64,000 nt of DNA from Fidelibacterota bacterium (GCA_021734505.1 JAIPIT010000001.1:1693-65692), one strand, 5' to 3'. Counted from the stretch's first letter, positions 27,591 to 36,083 are shown. Numbers and translations: made by a program. Notes: generated by a model not told the origin, from the sequence alone.

Positions 27591-29078
27591 ATGGAAACAT
27601 ATGGCTGGCTTTCGCTTTTACCCCCGCTACTGGCTATCGGACTGGCAATTAAAACACGCCAGGTTTTTCTTTCCCTTGGGGCGGGAATATGGCTGGGCTG
27701 GACCGTCTTAAGTCACTGGAATCCTATTCAGGGCGCTGCCGGCATGCTTCAATCTATCGTAATGGTCTTTCAAGATCCGGGAAACACCCGGGTGATCATT
27801 TTTTCTGCTCTGGTTGGATCACTGATCGCCATTACACAACGATCCGGCGGGATCGACGGCTTTGTCGAATATATTCTCAATAAAAAATGGATCAAATCAC
27901 GCAAAGGCGCAAATATGCTGGCATGGACGTTGGGCGTGGTGATCTTTATTGAATCGAGTATTAAAATTTTGGTTGTGGGCTCGGTTTGTCGTCCACTATA
28001 CGACAAAATGGGTATTTCCCGCGAAAAATTATCTTATATCGCCGACTCGACATCGGCACCGATATGTATGTTGATCCCCTTGAATGCCTGGGGTGCTTTT
28101 ACCATTGGCCTATTAACGACCCAGGGTGTGCAAAATGCCACCCAAGTTTTGATCAAATCCATTCCCCTGAATTTTTATTCAATTATAGCGGTTCTGACCG
28201 TTTTATTCTTTATTTTGACCCCTTTTGATTTTGGCAAAATGCGAAAAGCGGAAAAACGCGTTCGTGAAGAAGGCAAGATCTTACCCGACGGCGCAACCCC
28301 CATGATGGATGAGAATCTGACCGGACTTAAAGCCAAAGAAGGTGTTCGAAAAATGGCAAGAAATATGATCATCCCCGTGGTGGTGATGAGTCTTTTTATG
28401 CCGATAGCTTTGGTGATCACCGGGCTTCAATCAATGTCCATGGCAGCCGGCGCAAAGGTCGCTTTCGGTGAAGCACTTCGTCAAGTCGGAATGCTCGGCG
28501 TTCTTGCCGAGGGATCAGGTTCAACGGCCGTTTTCTGGTCGGTCATGTTATCCATCACCGTTGCCGGATTAATGACACGCTTTCAAAAAACCCTTACGGG
28601 TAAAGAGATCATGGAGCTTATTCTCAAGGGCGCGGGCGGAATGATATCCCTTGCACTTCTGATGATGCTGGCCTTCTCTTTGGGTGCAACATGTAAAGCT
28701 TTAGGGACGGGCGCTTTTGTTGCACAGGGAATTTCGGGATCTCTTCCCGCCGGACTTGTGCCCCTGATGGTGTTTCTTGTCGCTGCCTTTATTGCTTTTT
28801 CAACCGGGACCAGCTTTGGAACTTTTGCCCTTATGATCCCGCTTGCGGTTCCGCTGGCAACAAATCTGGGCGTTCCTATGCCGCTTGTTGTTTCGGCTGT
28901 TCTTGGTGGAGGTGTTTTTGGAGATCACTGTTCTCCCATTTCCGATACGACTATTGTGGCATCCATGGCCTCGGCCTGTGATCACATTGATCATGTTAAC
29001 ACGCAATTGCCTTATGCGCTCATCAGCGCCGCGTTTGCCGCTATCATTTATTTAGTTGTGGGACTTATTGCAGTATGA
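27591..29078 (+). CDS. NhaC-family Na+/H+ antiporter-like transporter
   Basis: Polytopic; C-terminal GGGVFGDHCSPISDTTIVASM motif typical of the NhaC family. A paralog lies at 36084-37775. Confidence 0.7.
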   Translation: METYGWLSLLPPLLAIGLAIKTRQVFLSLGAGIWLGWTVLSHWNPIQGAAGMLQSIVMVFQDPGNTRVIIFSALVGSLIAITQRSGGIDGFVEYILNKKWIKSRKGANMLAWTLGVVIFIESSIKILVVGSVCRPLYDKMGISREKLSYIADSTSAPICMLIPLNAWGAFTIGLLTTQGVQNATQVLIKSIPLNFYSIIAVLTVLFFILTPFDFGKMRKAEKRVREEGKILPDGATPMMDENLTGLKAKEGVRKMARNMIIPVVVMSLFMPIALVITGLQSMSMAAGAKVAFGEALRQVGMLGVLAEGSGSTAVFWSVMLSITVAGLMTRFQKTLTGKEIMELILKGAGGMISLALLMMLAFSLGATCKALGTGAFVAQGISGSLPAGLVPLMVFLVAAFIAFSTGTSFGTFALMIPLAVPLATNLGVPMPLVVSAVLGGGVFGDHCSPISDTTIVASMASACDHIDHVNTQLPYALISAAFAAIIYLVVGLIAV

Positions 29079-29917
29079 AATTAAATTTTAAACAGTATTT
29101 TAAACTTTCCCGGCCTGCAAATCTTATACTTGTGGCAACCGTAGTATTGATCGCATCTACGCTTTTTAACCCTTTCCCGTCTATTTGGCGTGTTTTGCTG
29201 GCGATCATTTGTACAACCTTTATTACTGCCGCGGGTAACGCATTAAACGATATGTGCGATATTGAGATAGACCGCATCAATAAACCTAATCGTCCCTTGC
29301 CATCCGGAGACTTGAGTATTGAGAGTGCCAGGGGATTTATGATCGTTATGTTCATACTTGGGAATATTGCCGGTTTAATACTTGGTTTTTCACTATTGTT
29401 CATTTCATTGTTCATTGCAACCCCACTCTTGTTCTGGTATGCTTATCGCCTGCGTCATGTTGCACTTGTCGGCAATATCGTGGTTGCTTTCTTATCTGCC
29501 CTGACCTTTATTTTTGCCGCTCAGGCATTTGGTGATATCAACCTGGGCTACGTGCCGTTTGTTTTTACTTTTATTCTTTCTGTGGTGCGAGAGATCGTAA
29601 AAGATCTTGAAGACCTCGATGGCGATGAAGCTCATAACAGCAAAACTTTACCGGTCATGATAGGAGAAACGCCTACACGGATCATTGCAGGAATTATCAC
29701 AGCTCTTTTTATTCCTCTTATACCAATTCCATATGTTGCGGAAATGTTCGGGAAATGGTTCTTCTTTTTCGGTCTAGTCGGTGTTGTATTCCCCATGGCT
29801 GTCGTTATGATCCAGCTTTTCCAGATAAAACGAGCAATAAATTATCACCAAATAGCTATAGCTCTTAAGGTTATCATGTTCCTGGGCTTAGCTGCTGTAT
29901 TTGTCGGTCGCTTTTAA
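29075..29917 (+). CDS. UbiA-family prenyltransferase, DGGGPS-like (geranylgeranylglycerol-phosphate geranylgeranyltransferase-like)
   Basis: First Asp-rich motif NALNDMCDIEIDRINKPNRPLPSG and second motif KDLEDLDGDEAHNSKTLPV; 280 aa with about eight TM helices. ATGA overlap with the upstream nhaC-like gene. Confidence 0.6.
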   Translation: MKLNFKQYFKLSRPANLILVATVVLIASTLFNPFPSIWRVLLAIICTTFITAAGNALNDMCDIEIDRINKPNRPLPSGDLSIESARGFMIVMFILGNIAGLILGFSLLFISLFIATPLLFWYAYRLRHVALVGNIVVAFLSALTFIFAAQAFGDINLGYVPFVFTFILSVVREIVKDLEDLDGDEAHNSKTLPVMIGETPTRIIAGIITALFIPLIPIPYVAEMFGKWFFFFGLVGVVFPMAVVMIQLFQIKRAINYHQIAIALKVIMFLGLAAVFVGRF

Positions 29918-30040
29918 ATTCGACTTATAAAGCTTTACCGGAACAAAAAATTCCATTTGTTATTTATTTTTAGACAGTGTTTGCCTATATTCAAACCGAT
30001 ATGATAAAATTGTGATCAATCAAACGAAAGGACGAAAAAA

Positions 30041-31588
30041 ATGGTTAAAGCGAGTGTAATTCTTCATTACTACAAAGCAAAAGAATTCAGCGAAGAACAT
30101 CTAAAGGCCCAGATCGATGGCCTGGTCGGTCAGACCTGTAAAGATATTGAAACCATTATCATTACTTGCGATAAAGATGAAGCCGGCGTAAAATTTGCGG
30201 AATTGAATCCCAAAATTGTCGCTTGTAAAAATGATATTGCCATCAACATGAACAAAGCCCTTGCTTTGGCGACAGGTGACTGGGTCCTTCTGATCGATAA
30301 CCGCGATAATCCGGTTATGATGAAAAAAGCGGCCCTTGATGGATTTTTACTGGGTGCCGAGCGCCAGGCCGATGCCGGTCTGTTTTACACCAGCTATGAA
30401 CTTGAAGATGCCGGTGAAGTCAAAGAAATGCATCTTTTGGACCATCATCTTGGTCGTGTTCGTGATAACATGGATTACGGTAAGGTTTATTTCGTTAAGA
30501 AAAAAGCCCTCGAAGCGATCGGTGGATTTGATGAATCTGTCAAGTACAACAATTTTTACGATATGCGCCTAAAGATCTCTGAAAAATACAAATTAATACG
30601 CATAGCCAATCGTTACAGTGGTTCTTATTATCGCGTTGTATCTGCAGGCAAGAAAGTGGATGTTTTTGATTACCTGAAAGCAGGTAAAGATATTCAGCTT
30701 GAAGCCGAACGCGTTGTGACCGAGCATCTGAAACGCATTGGCGCTTATATGGCACCGGGTGTTTTTATGCCCAAGAATGAAAAACACAAAGATGTTTCTA
30801 CCTTAAAAGCATCGGTTATAATTCCCGTCGGCAACCGTCCTGAATTTATTGGATCGGCGATCGACAGCGTTCAACGCCAGACCGTTAAAGACATCGAAGT
30901 ACTTGTCATGGTCAATGGCGGCGATAAAGATGCAACCTCAGATGTCGTTCGCGAATATATGGAAGGCGGCTCTAAATACGATGCCGATAAACCTGAAGTT
31001 CGCCTCGTTGTTCTTGATATCAACAGTATTGGTATGTGCCTGAATCTTGGTGCTAAAATGGCCCGCGGTAAATATTATGTCCAGCTGGATTCCGATGATC
31101 AGCTAATTGAAGACGCCGTCGAAAAATTAATGGCCGTATATGAAAGCGATCCTGAGATAGGTATGGTGATCGGGTCTTATGAAGTCTGGGAAAAACATGC
31201 GGATGGTAAGATCACACGAGTGAACGATATTCCCGTTGTGACCCATGACGAATGGACCGATGATAACGGCCGTAACAATCTACTCCGGATCAACGGAGCC
31301 GGCGCCCCGCGTTCGGCAAAGATCGAAGTGATCAAGAATGCCGGATATTTCAGCATTAATGATGATCCTTATGCCCGTAATTACGGTGAAGATTATGAAT
31401 TGGTCGGCAAGATCGCCGATATGTATAAGATCGGCCGCGTTTGGGATCCAATCTATAAAGTTGTCCGTCATGCCGGCGGTACAGATCACAGCATTGATCT
31501 GCATACCATCGATCGCAATGATAACGCCAAAGACTGGGTCCGCATGGAAGCGATTTTGAGACGCCAGAAATTCAATGCAAAGAAGTAA
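30041..31588 (+). CDS. Two-domain family 2 glycosyltransferase
   Basis: ASVIIPVGNRPEFIGSAIDSVQRQT...YYVQLDSDD in the second half; GT2-like ASVILHYYKAKEF...IIITCDKDE in the first half. Confidence 0.65.
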   Translation: MVKASVILHYYKAKEFSEEHLKAQIDGLVGQTCKDIETIIITCDKDEAGVKFAELNPKIVACKNDIAINMNKALALATGDWVLLIDNRDNPVMMKKAALDGFLLGAERQADAGLFYTSYELEDAGEVKEMHLLDHHLGRVRDNMDYGKVYFVKKKALEAIGGFDESVKYNNFYDMRLKISEKYKLIRIANRYSGSYYRVVSAGKKVDVFDYLKAGKDIQLEAERVVTEHLKRIGAYMAPGVFMPKNEKHKDVSTLKASVIIPVGNRPEFIGSAIDSVQRQTVKDIEVLVMVNGGDKDATSDVVREYMEGGSKYDADKPEVRLVVLDINSIGMCLNLGAKMARGKYYVQLDSDDQLIEDAVEKLMAVYESDPEIGMVIGSYEVWEKHADGKITRVNDIPVVTHDEWTDDNGRNNLLRINGAGAPRSAKIEVIKNAGYFSINDDPYARNYGEDYELVGKIADMYKIGRVWDPIYKVVRHAGGTDHSIDLHTIDRNDNAKDWVRMEAILRRQKFNAKK

Positions 31589-31648
31589 CTGGTAAACTGT
31601 AAACGGTGATCAGTAACCGGTAACCCGTGACCAATAATCGGTGATCGG
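31586..31648 (+). repeat. Nine consecutive heptamers, each starting with a stop codon: TAACTGG TAAACTG TAAACGG TGATCAG TAACCGG TAACCCG TGACCAA TAATCGG TGATCGG
   Basis: Read directly. The first unit contains the stop codon of the glycosyltransferase gene. Period 7 places stops in frames 0, 1 and 2 in rotation. Confidence 0.85.
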
Positions 31649-31665
31649 CTTAATGATAAATTGCA

Positions 31666-31695
31666 GGGGCGGACCTAAGTGTCCGCCTTTTTTTG
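31666..31695 (+). terminator. Intrinsic terminator
   Basis: GGCGGAC-CTAAGT-GTCCGCC followed by TTTTTTT, preceded by the conserved TTGCAGGGG. Confidence 0.8.
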
Positions 31696-31842
31696 TGTTC
31701 TAATAAAATTCCATATAAGACGCGTTATGGTACGTCTTGATGGCGTTCAATGCCTAACAGTCCAATAGAACCTCATAATAATAATTTATTTATATATATC
31801 ATAGTATATTATTATGCTTGTATGTTTAATAAAGGACGCTTC

Positions 31843-32436
31843 ATGGAAAAGAAGATTGTATTGTTAATGCTTTTAACCAGTATTTCGCTTGTATTTGCAA
31901 ATCCTATTTCCTTTGGGATATCAATTTCGGGAGGACTTCAGGAAACTTTGACAGATAACGGGATGTTTACGGGTACTACATTAACAACTGATGATAGTTT
32001 TGTAAATGCCACGATTAAATCAGGGCTAAGATGTTTATATAAAAACACCGGTTTGTATGTAAGTGGTGAAAAACTGATTGGCGATTATCGGCTTAAAAGA
32101 TATTTCATCTTTTCCGGCGGTCTGATTCAAAGAATTCCCTTATCAGAAAAAACAGTATTAGACCTACATTTAGGCACAACCTGGCATTCTGTGGATGCAG
32201 CGATTCATTCATTTGTGTCGTTTTTTGTATATACTCATTATAGATCTCTTCCCGGATTGGATGCGGGTATCCGTTATGATCATGCCATATCAGAAAATGT
32301 TTCACTATTTACAGAAGTAAATTATAATTATGATAAACATTATGATGATTGTCTGCATGCTGGGCTGAATATCACATATAGATACAAATTTCAAACGATC
32401 TCATTAAATGTCGGAGTGCTGTTTTCGCTACTTTAA
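31843..32436 (+). CDS. Outer-membrane beta-barrel-like protein
   Basis: Signal peptide MEKKIVLLMLLTSISLVFA, alternating hydrophobic beta-strand pattern, aromatic-rich C-terminal strand. Confidence 0.45.
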   Translation: MEKKIVLLMLLTSISLVFANPISFGISISGGLQETLTDNGMFTGTTLTTDDSFVNATIKSGLRCLYKNTGLYVSGEKLIGDYRLKRYFIFSGGLIQRIPLSEKTVLDLHLGTTWHSVDAAIHSFVSFFVYTHYRSLPGLDAGIRYDHAISENVSLFTEVNYNYDKHYDDCLHAGLNITYRYKFQTISLNVGVLFSLL

Positions 32437-32911
32437 TCATAGCGTTCATTTTGAAGCTATTCAACTTTCACATGTGTGCAAATTACCCACATCTTTTCGA
32501 TTGACCCCGACGGGGTCAAACAAGAGTATATCAATTTTCCACTTACCCCACAACCCCGTAAGGGGTTGAACAATGACTTTGATTGTTCGCCTGCCCTTCG
32601 AAGCGCCCCCCCCGGAGCGTAGTATGGAATGCTCACATGCTCTATTGTTCATTATTCAAAAAAGCGACAATCTCATTTATTATGCATAAAAAACTATCCT
32701 CACAGAGATCCCGGATAAACAATCCACCGGATTATTTTCCGGGATGACTATGGGTGGGGGCTTTTCTACTATTATTTGAAAAATCTACGTAATCTGTGAA
32801 TAGCATATTTGTTTGTTTTACTTGATTATCAATTGACAAATTGCATTTCCACCGAAAAGATTGTATTTTCTCTCCGATATATTGGCATTAATTATAAATG
32901 ATGGAGTAAAC

Positions 32912-34105
32912 ATGTCGAAAACATTATTGATCGGTATTGACGGAGGAGCAACAAAGGTTAGCGGATGGACAACCGTGATCAATGAAGATATGACCTTTCA
33001 GCTGGGCGATATCAACATTGTTAAAGAATACCGTGAGTACGAAGAAAATATGCCATCATTTATACCCGTAAATATTTTAGTCCAATTGGGCGAAATGAAC
33101 GAAAACGATATTGATTTAACAGTTGAAGAAAAACTACATGGAAAATCTTATATGTACGCTACAGCTGATGTGATCATTGAACTGGCCCAAAGAGTTGGTG
33201 CAGATCGTGTTATGGTCGGTATTGGTATGCCGGGCTTAAAATCAGCAGACAAACGTGGTATTGTTGCTCTAGCAAACGGTCCGCGTATGCCCGAATATTG
33301 CAAAACCATAGAAGCACGCGTAGAAGCCGCCGGCATTAAAATGGAAAAACCAATTCACCATCTTGGATCCGATGCCGATTATTGTGGTATTGGCGAAGAA
33401 TACAGTATGGATGGTTTGTTTAGCCAGGTGGAAAACTCTTATTATCTTGGCGGCGGTACCGGCGTAGCGGATGCCTTGAAATTAAAAGGTGAACTTTTAC
33501 CCTTTGATCAAGCAAAAACCTGGATAGCAAAAGCGTGGGAAATGAAGAACAGCGAAGGAAAGTCCATGGAACGTTTTGCATCTTCCAGCGGTATACAGGC
33601 CATCTACAGTGAATTTTCAGGTATTCCAATTGCCGAGTTAAATAAAACCGACATTTATCCACCGCAGATCATGGATCTTTTCGATGAAGATCTATCCGCA
33701 AAAAGAACATTTAATGACGTAAGCTATAATATTGCAAAATTGCTTTTTGAACGAATTGTTACCATCTACAGTGGTTGGCACCATTTCTTTGAATTTGTAA
33801 ATTCCAATCGCGCCGATTTGGGCGAGCACCACCCATATCGCAGCACATTATTGGACAGCATTATTATTGGTCAACGTCTCGGCGATCTTCTTGAAGGATC
33901 CAAAGGCAAAAATGTGTTTTATGAACCATTCCTGGAATTCTTAACAAAATTTATTGTGGAATCGCCTTACCTTGATGCTAAATTTAAAAAACATTATCTT
34001 AAAGATGAAAAATTTAATGAGGACTTGATCAAAACATCCAAATTACGCGAAGCTCCGGCTATCGGGGCGGGTGTCGATGCTTACTTAACTTATCATGGAG
34101 AATAA
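32912..34105 (+). CDS. BadF/BadG/BcrA/BcrD-type ATPase (N-acetylglucosamine kinase-like, ASKHA fold)
   Basis: LLIGIDGGATKVSG phosphate-1 motif and GGGTGVAD. Start set at MSKTLLIG. Confidence 0.5.
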   Translation: MSKTLLIGIDGGATKVSGWTTVINEDMTFQLGDINIVKEYREYEENMPSFIPVNILVQLGEMNENDIDLTVEEKLHGKSYMYATADVIIELAQRVGADRVMVGIGMPGLKSADKRGIVALANGPRMPEYCKTIEARVEAAGIKMEKPIHHLGSDADYCGIGEEYSMDGLFSQVENSYYLGGGTGVADALKLKGELLPFDQAKTWIAKAWEMKNSEGKSMERFASSSGIQAIYSEFSGIPIAELNKTDIYPPQIMDLFDEDLSAKRTFNDVSYNIAKLLFERIVTIYSGWHHFFEFVNSNRADLGEHHPYRSTLLDSIIIGQRLGDLLEGSKGKNVFYEPFLEFLTKFIVESPYLDAKFKKHYLKDEKFNEDLIKTSKLREAPAIGAGVDAYLTYHGE

Positions 34106-34111
34106 ACGCCA

Positions 34112-35011
34112 TTGAGCGAACAACTTATAAAATTAGCCTTTAAGGGAAATCGCAGGGAATATTACAAGAACCCGATGCATTTCCCCATAAAAACCGATGA
34201 CTATCTGATCGTTGATACCGATAAGGGTACTGACCTTGGAAAGGTTTCAGCGGTAACAGAGAATTATGAACCGAAAATCTCAATATCGGAATTTGAGATC
34301 ATTCGTAAGGCCGATAGTAAAGATATTGAGATCCTGAAAAAAAACCGTCAGGACGAAGTTGATATTCTTTCTCAAAGCAAAGAGAAGATCAAAGAAATTG
34401 GACTGGTCATGAAATTGATGGATGTGGAATTTCAGTTAGACCGCAAAAAACTATCATTTTATTATACGGCAGAAGAGCGGGTGGATTTCAGGGAATTGGT
34501 CCGAGTGTTGGCCGGTATGTTCCGGACGCGTATTGAAATGCGTCAGATCGGCGTTCGCGATGAAACCAAGCGCCTTTGCGGTGTTGGTTCTTGCGGTCTG
34601 CCCTTGTGTTGTGGTGCTTTCCTTGAGAGCTTTGATCCTGTCAGCACGCAAGTAGCAAAAGATCAGAGCCTGCCAATGAATCCTTTAAAGCTAAGCGGAC
34701 AGTGCGGGAAGTTAAAATGCTGCCTGCTATATGAACACGGATTTTATCTTGAAGAGCTAAAAAAATATCCACCTTTAGGCGAACCCCTGTTAAAAGAAAC
34801 GCGAAAAGGCTATATCCAGAAAATAGACATTTTCACAAAAACCGTAACCTGTGATTTTGAAGACGATACCCGTGAATTTATTCCGCTGGATGAGATCATG
34901 GATTATCTCAGCGCAGCACAGAAAAAAGGCCTGAAAAAATTGACTAATGTTCTTCAAGATATCATGCAAGAAGATGCACATGACCTTAAAAAGATCGAAG
35001 ACAAGGAATAG
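34112..35011 (+). CDS. PSP1 domain protein (RicT/YaaT-like)
   Basis: PSP1 C-terminal core with a Cys cluster (LCGVGSCGLPLCCGAFL...GQCGKLKCCLLYE); non-ATG (TTG) start. Confidence 0.75.
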   Translation: MSEQLIKLAFKGNRREYYKNPMHFPIKTDDYLIVDTDKGTDLGKVSAVTENYEPKISISEFEIIRKADSKDIEILKKNRQDEVDILSQSKEKIKEIGLVMKLMDVEFQLDRKKLSFYYTAEERVDFRELVRVLAGMFRTRIEMRQIGVRDETKRLCGVGSCGLPLCCGAFLESFDPVSTQVAKDQSLPMNPLKLSGQCGKLKCCLLYEHGFYLEELKKYPPLGEPLLKETRKGYIQKIDIFTKTVTCDFEDDTREFIPLDEIMDYLSAAQKKGLKKLTNVLQDIMQEDAHDLKKIEDKE

Positions 35012-35043
35012 TAACCAGTGACTGGAAACCGGTAACAGGAAAA
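35009..35043 (+). repeat. Degenerate heptamer array beginning at the stop codon: TAGTAAC CAGTGAC TGGAAAC CGGTAAC AGGAAAA
   Basis: Period-7 G(T/A)(A/G)AC pattern read directly; followed by a terminator. Confidence 0.55.
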
Positions 35044-35050
35044 TATTGCA

Positions 35051-35076
35051 GGGGTTCGACATGTCGACCCCTTTTC
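35051..35076 (+). terminator. Intrinsic terminator
   Basis: GGGGTTCGA-CATG-TCGACCCC followed by TTTT, preceded by TTGCAGGGG as at 31661. Confidence 0.75.
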
Positions 35077-35116
35077 TTATATGCAATAATTATTAGAATT
35101 TGTATTCTCCAGTTAT

Positions 35117-35140
35117 CCTTCTCCGCCAAGGCTTCGAAGG
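35117..35140 (-). repeat. Conserved-loop hairpin repeat in inverted orientation: CCTTC-TCCGCCAAGGCTTC-GAAGG
   Basis: The loop reverse complement GAAGCCTTGGCGGA matches the family loop. Flanked by CCAGTTA heptamers at 35109 and 35146. Confidence 0.6.
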
Positions 35141-35158
35141 ACATGCCAGTTACCCGTG

Positions 35159-35184
35159 TCCACCGTAGCTTCAGCGCAGGTGGA
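35159..35184 (+). repeat. Conserved-loop hairpin repeat: TCCACC-GTAGCTTCAGCGCA-GGTGGA
   Basis: Perfect 6-bp stem and the family loop; followed immediately by the AGTTACC array. Confidence 0.65.
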
Positions 35185-35219
35185 AGTTACCAGTTACCAG
35201 TTACCAGTTACCAGTTATT
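35185..35219. repeat. Heptamer tandem repeat: (AGTTACC) x4 plus a degenerate fifth unit
   Basis: Read directly; same unit as the array at 36020-36075. Confidence 0.85.
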
Positions 35220-35286
35220 CTTTAAACTTTAATCTTTTATCTTTAACCAAGCCTTTGTATTTTTCTTATGATAAAGAGGTAATTAT

Positions 35287-35880
35287 ATGTTAAGCATAGG
35301 TGTAACCGGCGGCTTGGGTTCCGGTAAGTCAGCCGCCATGAAGATCTTCTATGAATTGGGCGCCAATATTCTGAGCGCCGACGATATAGCCAAACATATA
35401 TTAAAGGTAGATCGTAATATTATCGAAGAAATTAAAAACACATTTGGTGCCGATTGTTATATTGACGGTGAATTACAAGCGGATGTTTTAGCATCCAGGG
35501 CTTTCCAAAATCCGGAAAATTTGAAAAAACTTAATGACATCAGTCATCCCGCGCTAAAACTACACCTTGAAAAATATATTGCCGCGATGCAGGCGATACC
35601 TGGCATTCTCATGATAGAAGCGGCCATTTTGCTGGAAGCCGGGTATCAAGATGCTTTTGATAAAATTCTTTTAATTACAGCAGATAAAAACATTCGCATG
35701 GAAAGGGCGGTTGCCAGGCAGGAGATATCGGAGGATAGTATAAAAGAACGAATAGCCCTTCAAATGCCCGAAGAAGAAAAACGAAAATATGCTGATTTTA
35801 TTATTGAAAACAATGGGAATGAGAACGAATTAAAAGAAGCATGTAAAAGATTTTGGGAAGAAATAACAGTTTGTAACTAA
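35287..35880 (+). CDS. coaE: Dephospho-CoA kinase
   Basis: IGVTGGLGSGKS P-loop, 197 aa. Confidence 0.85.
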   Translation: MLSIGVTGGLGSGKSAAMKIFYELGANILSADDIAKHILKVDRNIIEEIKNTFGADCYIDGELQADVLASRAFQNPENLKKLNDISHPALKLHLEKYIAAMQAIPGILMIEAAILLEAGYQDAFDKILLITADKNIRMERAVARQEISEDSIKERIALQMPEEEKRKYADFIIENNGNENELKEACKRFWEEITVCN

Positions 35881-35962
35881 GGTAGGGAACAGGCGCTTGT
35901 CGGGCGTATCCGCAAGTTGGCGGAGTAGACTGATGCTCATCTCAGGGCAAAAGTACAAAGTA

Positions 35963-35988
35963 GGGGCACAGAATTCTGTGCCCTTTTA
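35963..35988 (+). terminator. Intrinsic terminator after coaE
   Basis: GGGCACAG-AATT-CTGTGCCC followed by TTTT. Confidence 0.75.
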
Positions 35989-36019
35989 TATATGTCCCGA
36001 TTAAAAAAAATTGTATTAT

Positions 36020-36075
36020 CCAGTTACCAGTTACCAGTTACCAGTTACCAGTTACCAGTTACCAGTTACCAGTTA
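36020..36075. repeat. Perfect heptamer microsatellite (CCAGTTA) x8, which is (TAACTGG) x8 on the minus strand
   Basis: Read directly. Begins 8 nt after the stop codon of the minus-strand nhaC-like gene; in that gene's sense it reads TAACTGG. Confidence 0.95.
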
Positions 36076-36083
36076 CCAAATTG

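Noticed and set aside
32461-32652. 63-aa minus-strand ORF in the long intergenic region.
   Set aside because: It is composed of GC-rich hairpin repeats and the C8 tract, has no RBS, and its translation is Gly/Arg-rich nonsense.
31586-36075. Possibility that the heptamer arrays or the 16-nt repeat (51651-51690) are CRISPR arrays.
   Set aside because: The units are 7 or 16 nt and directly abutting, with no spacers. No cas genes are in the window.
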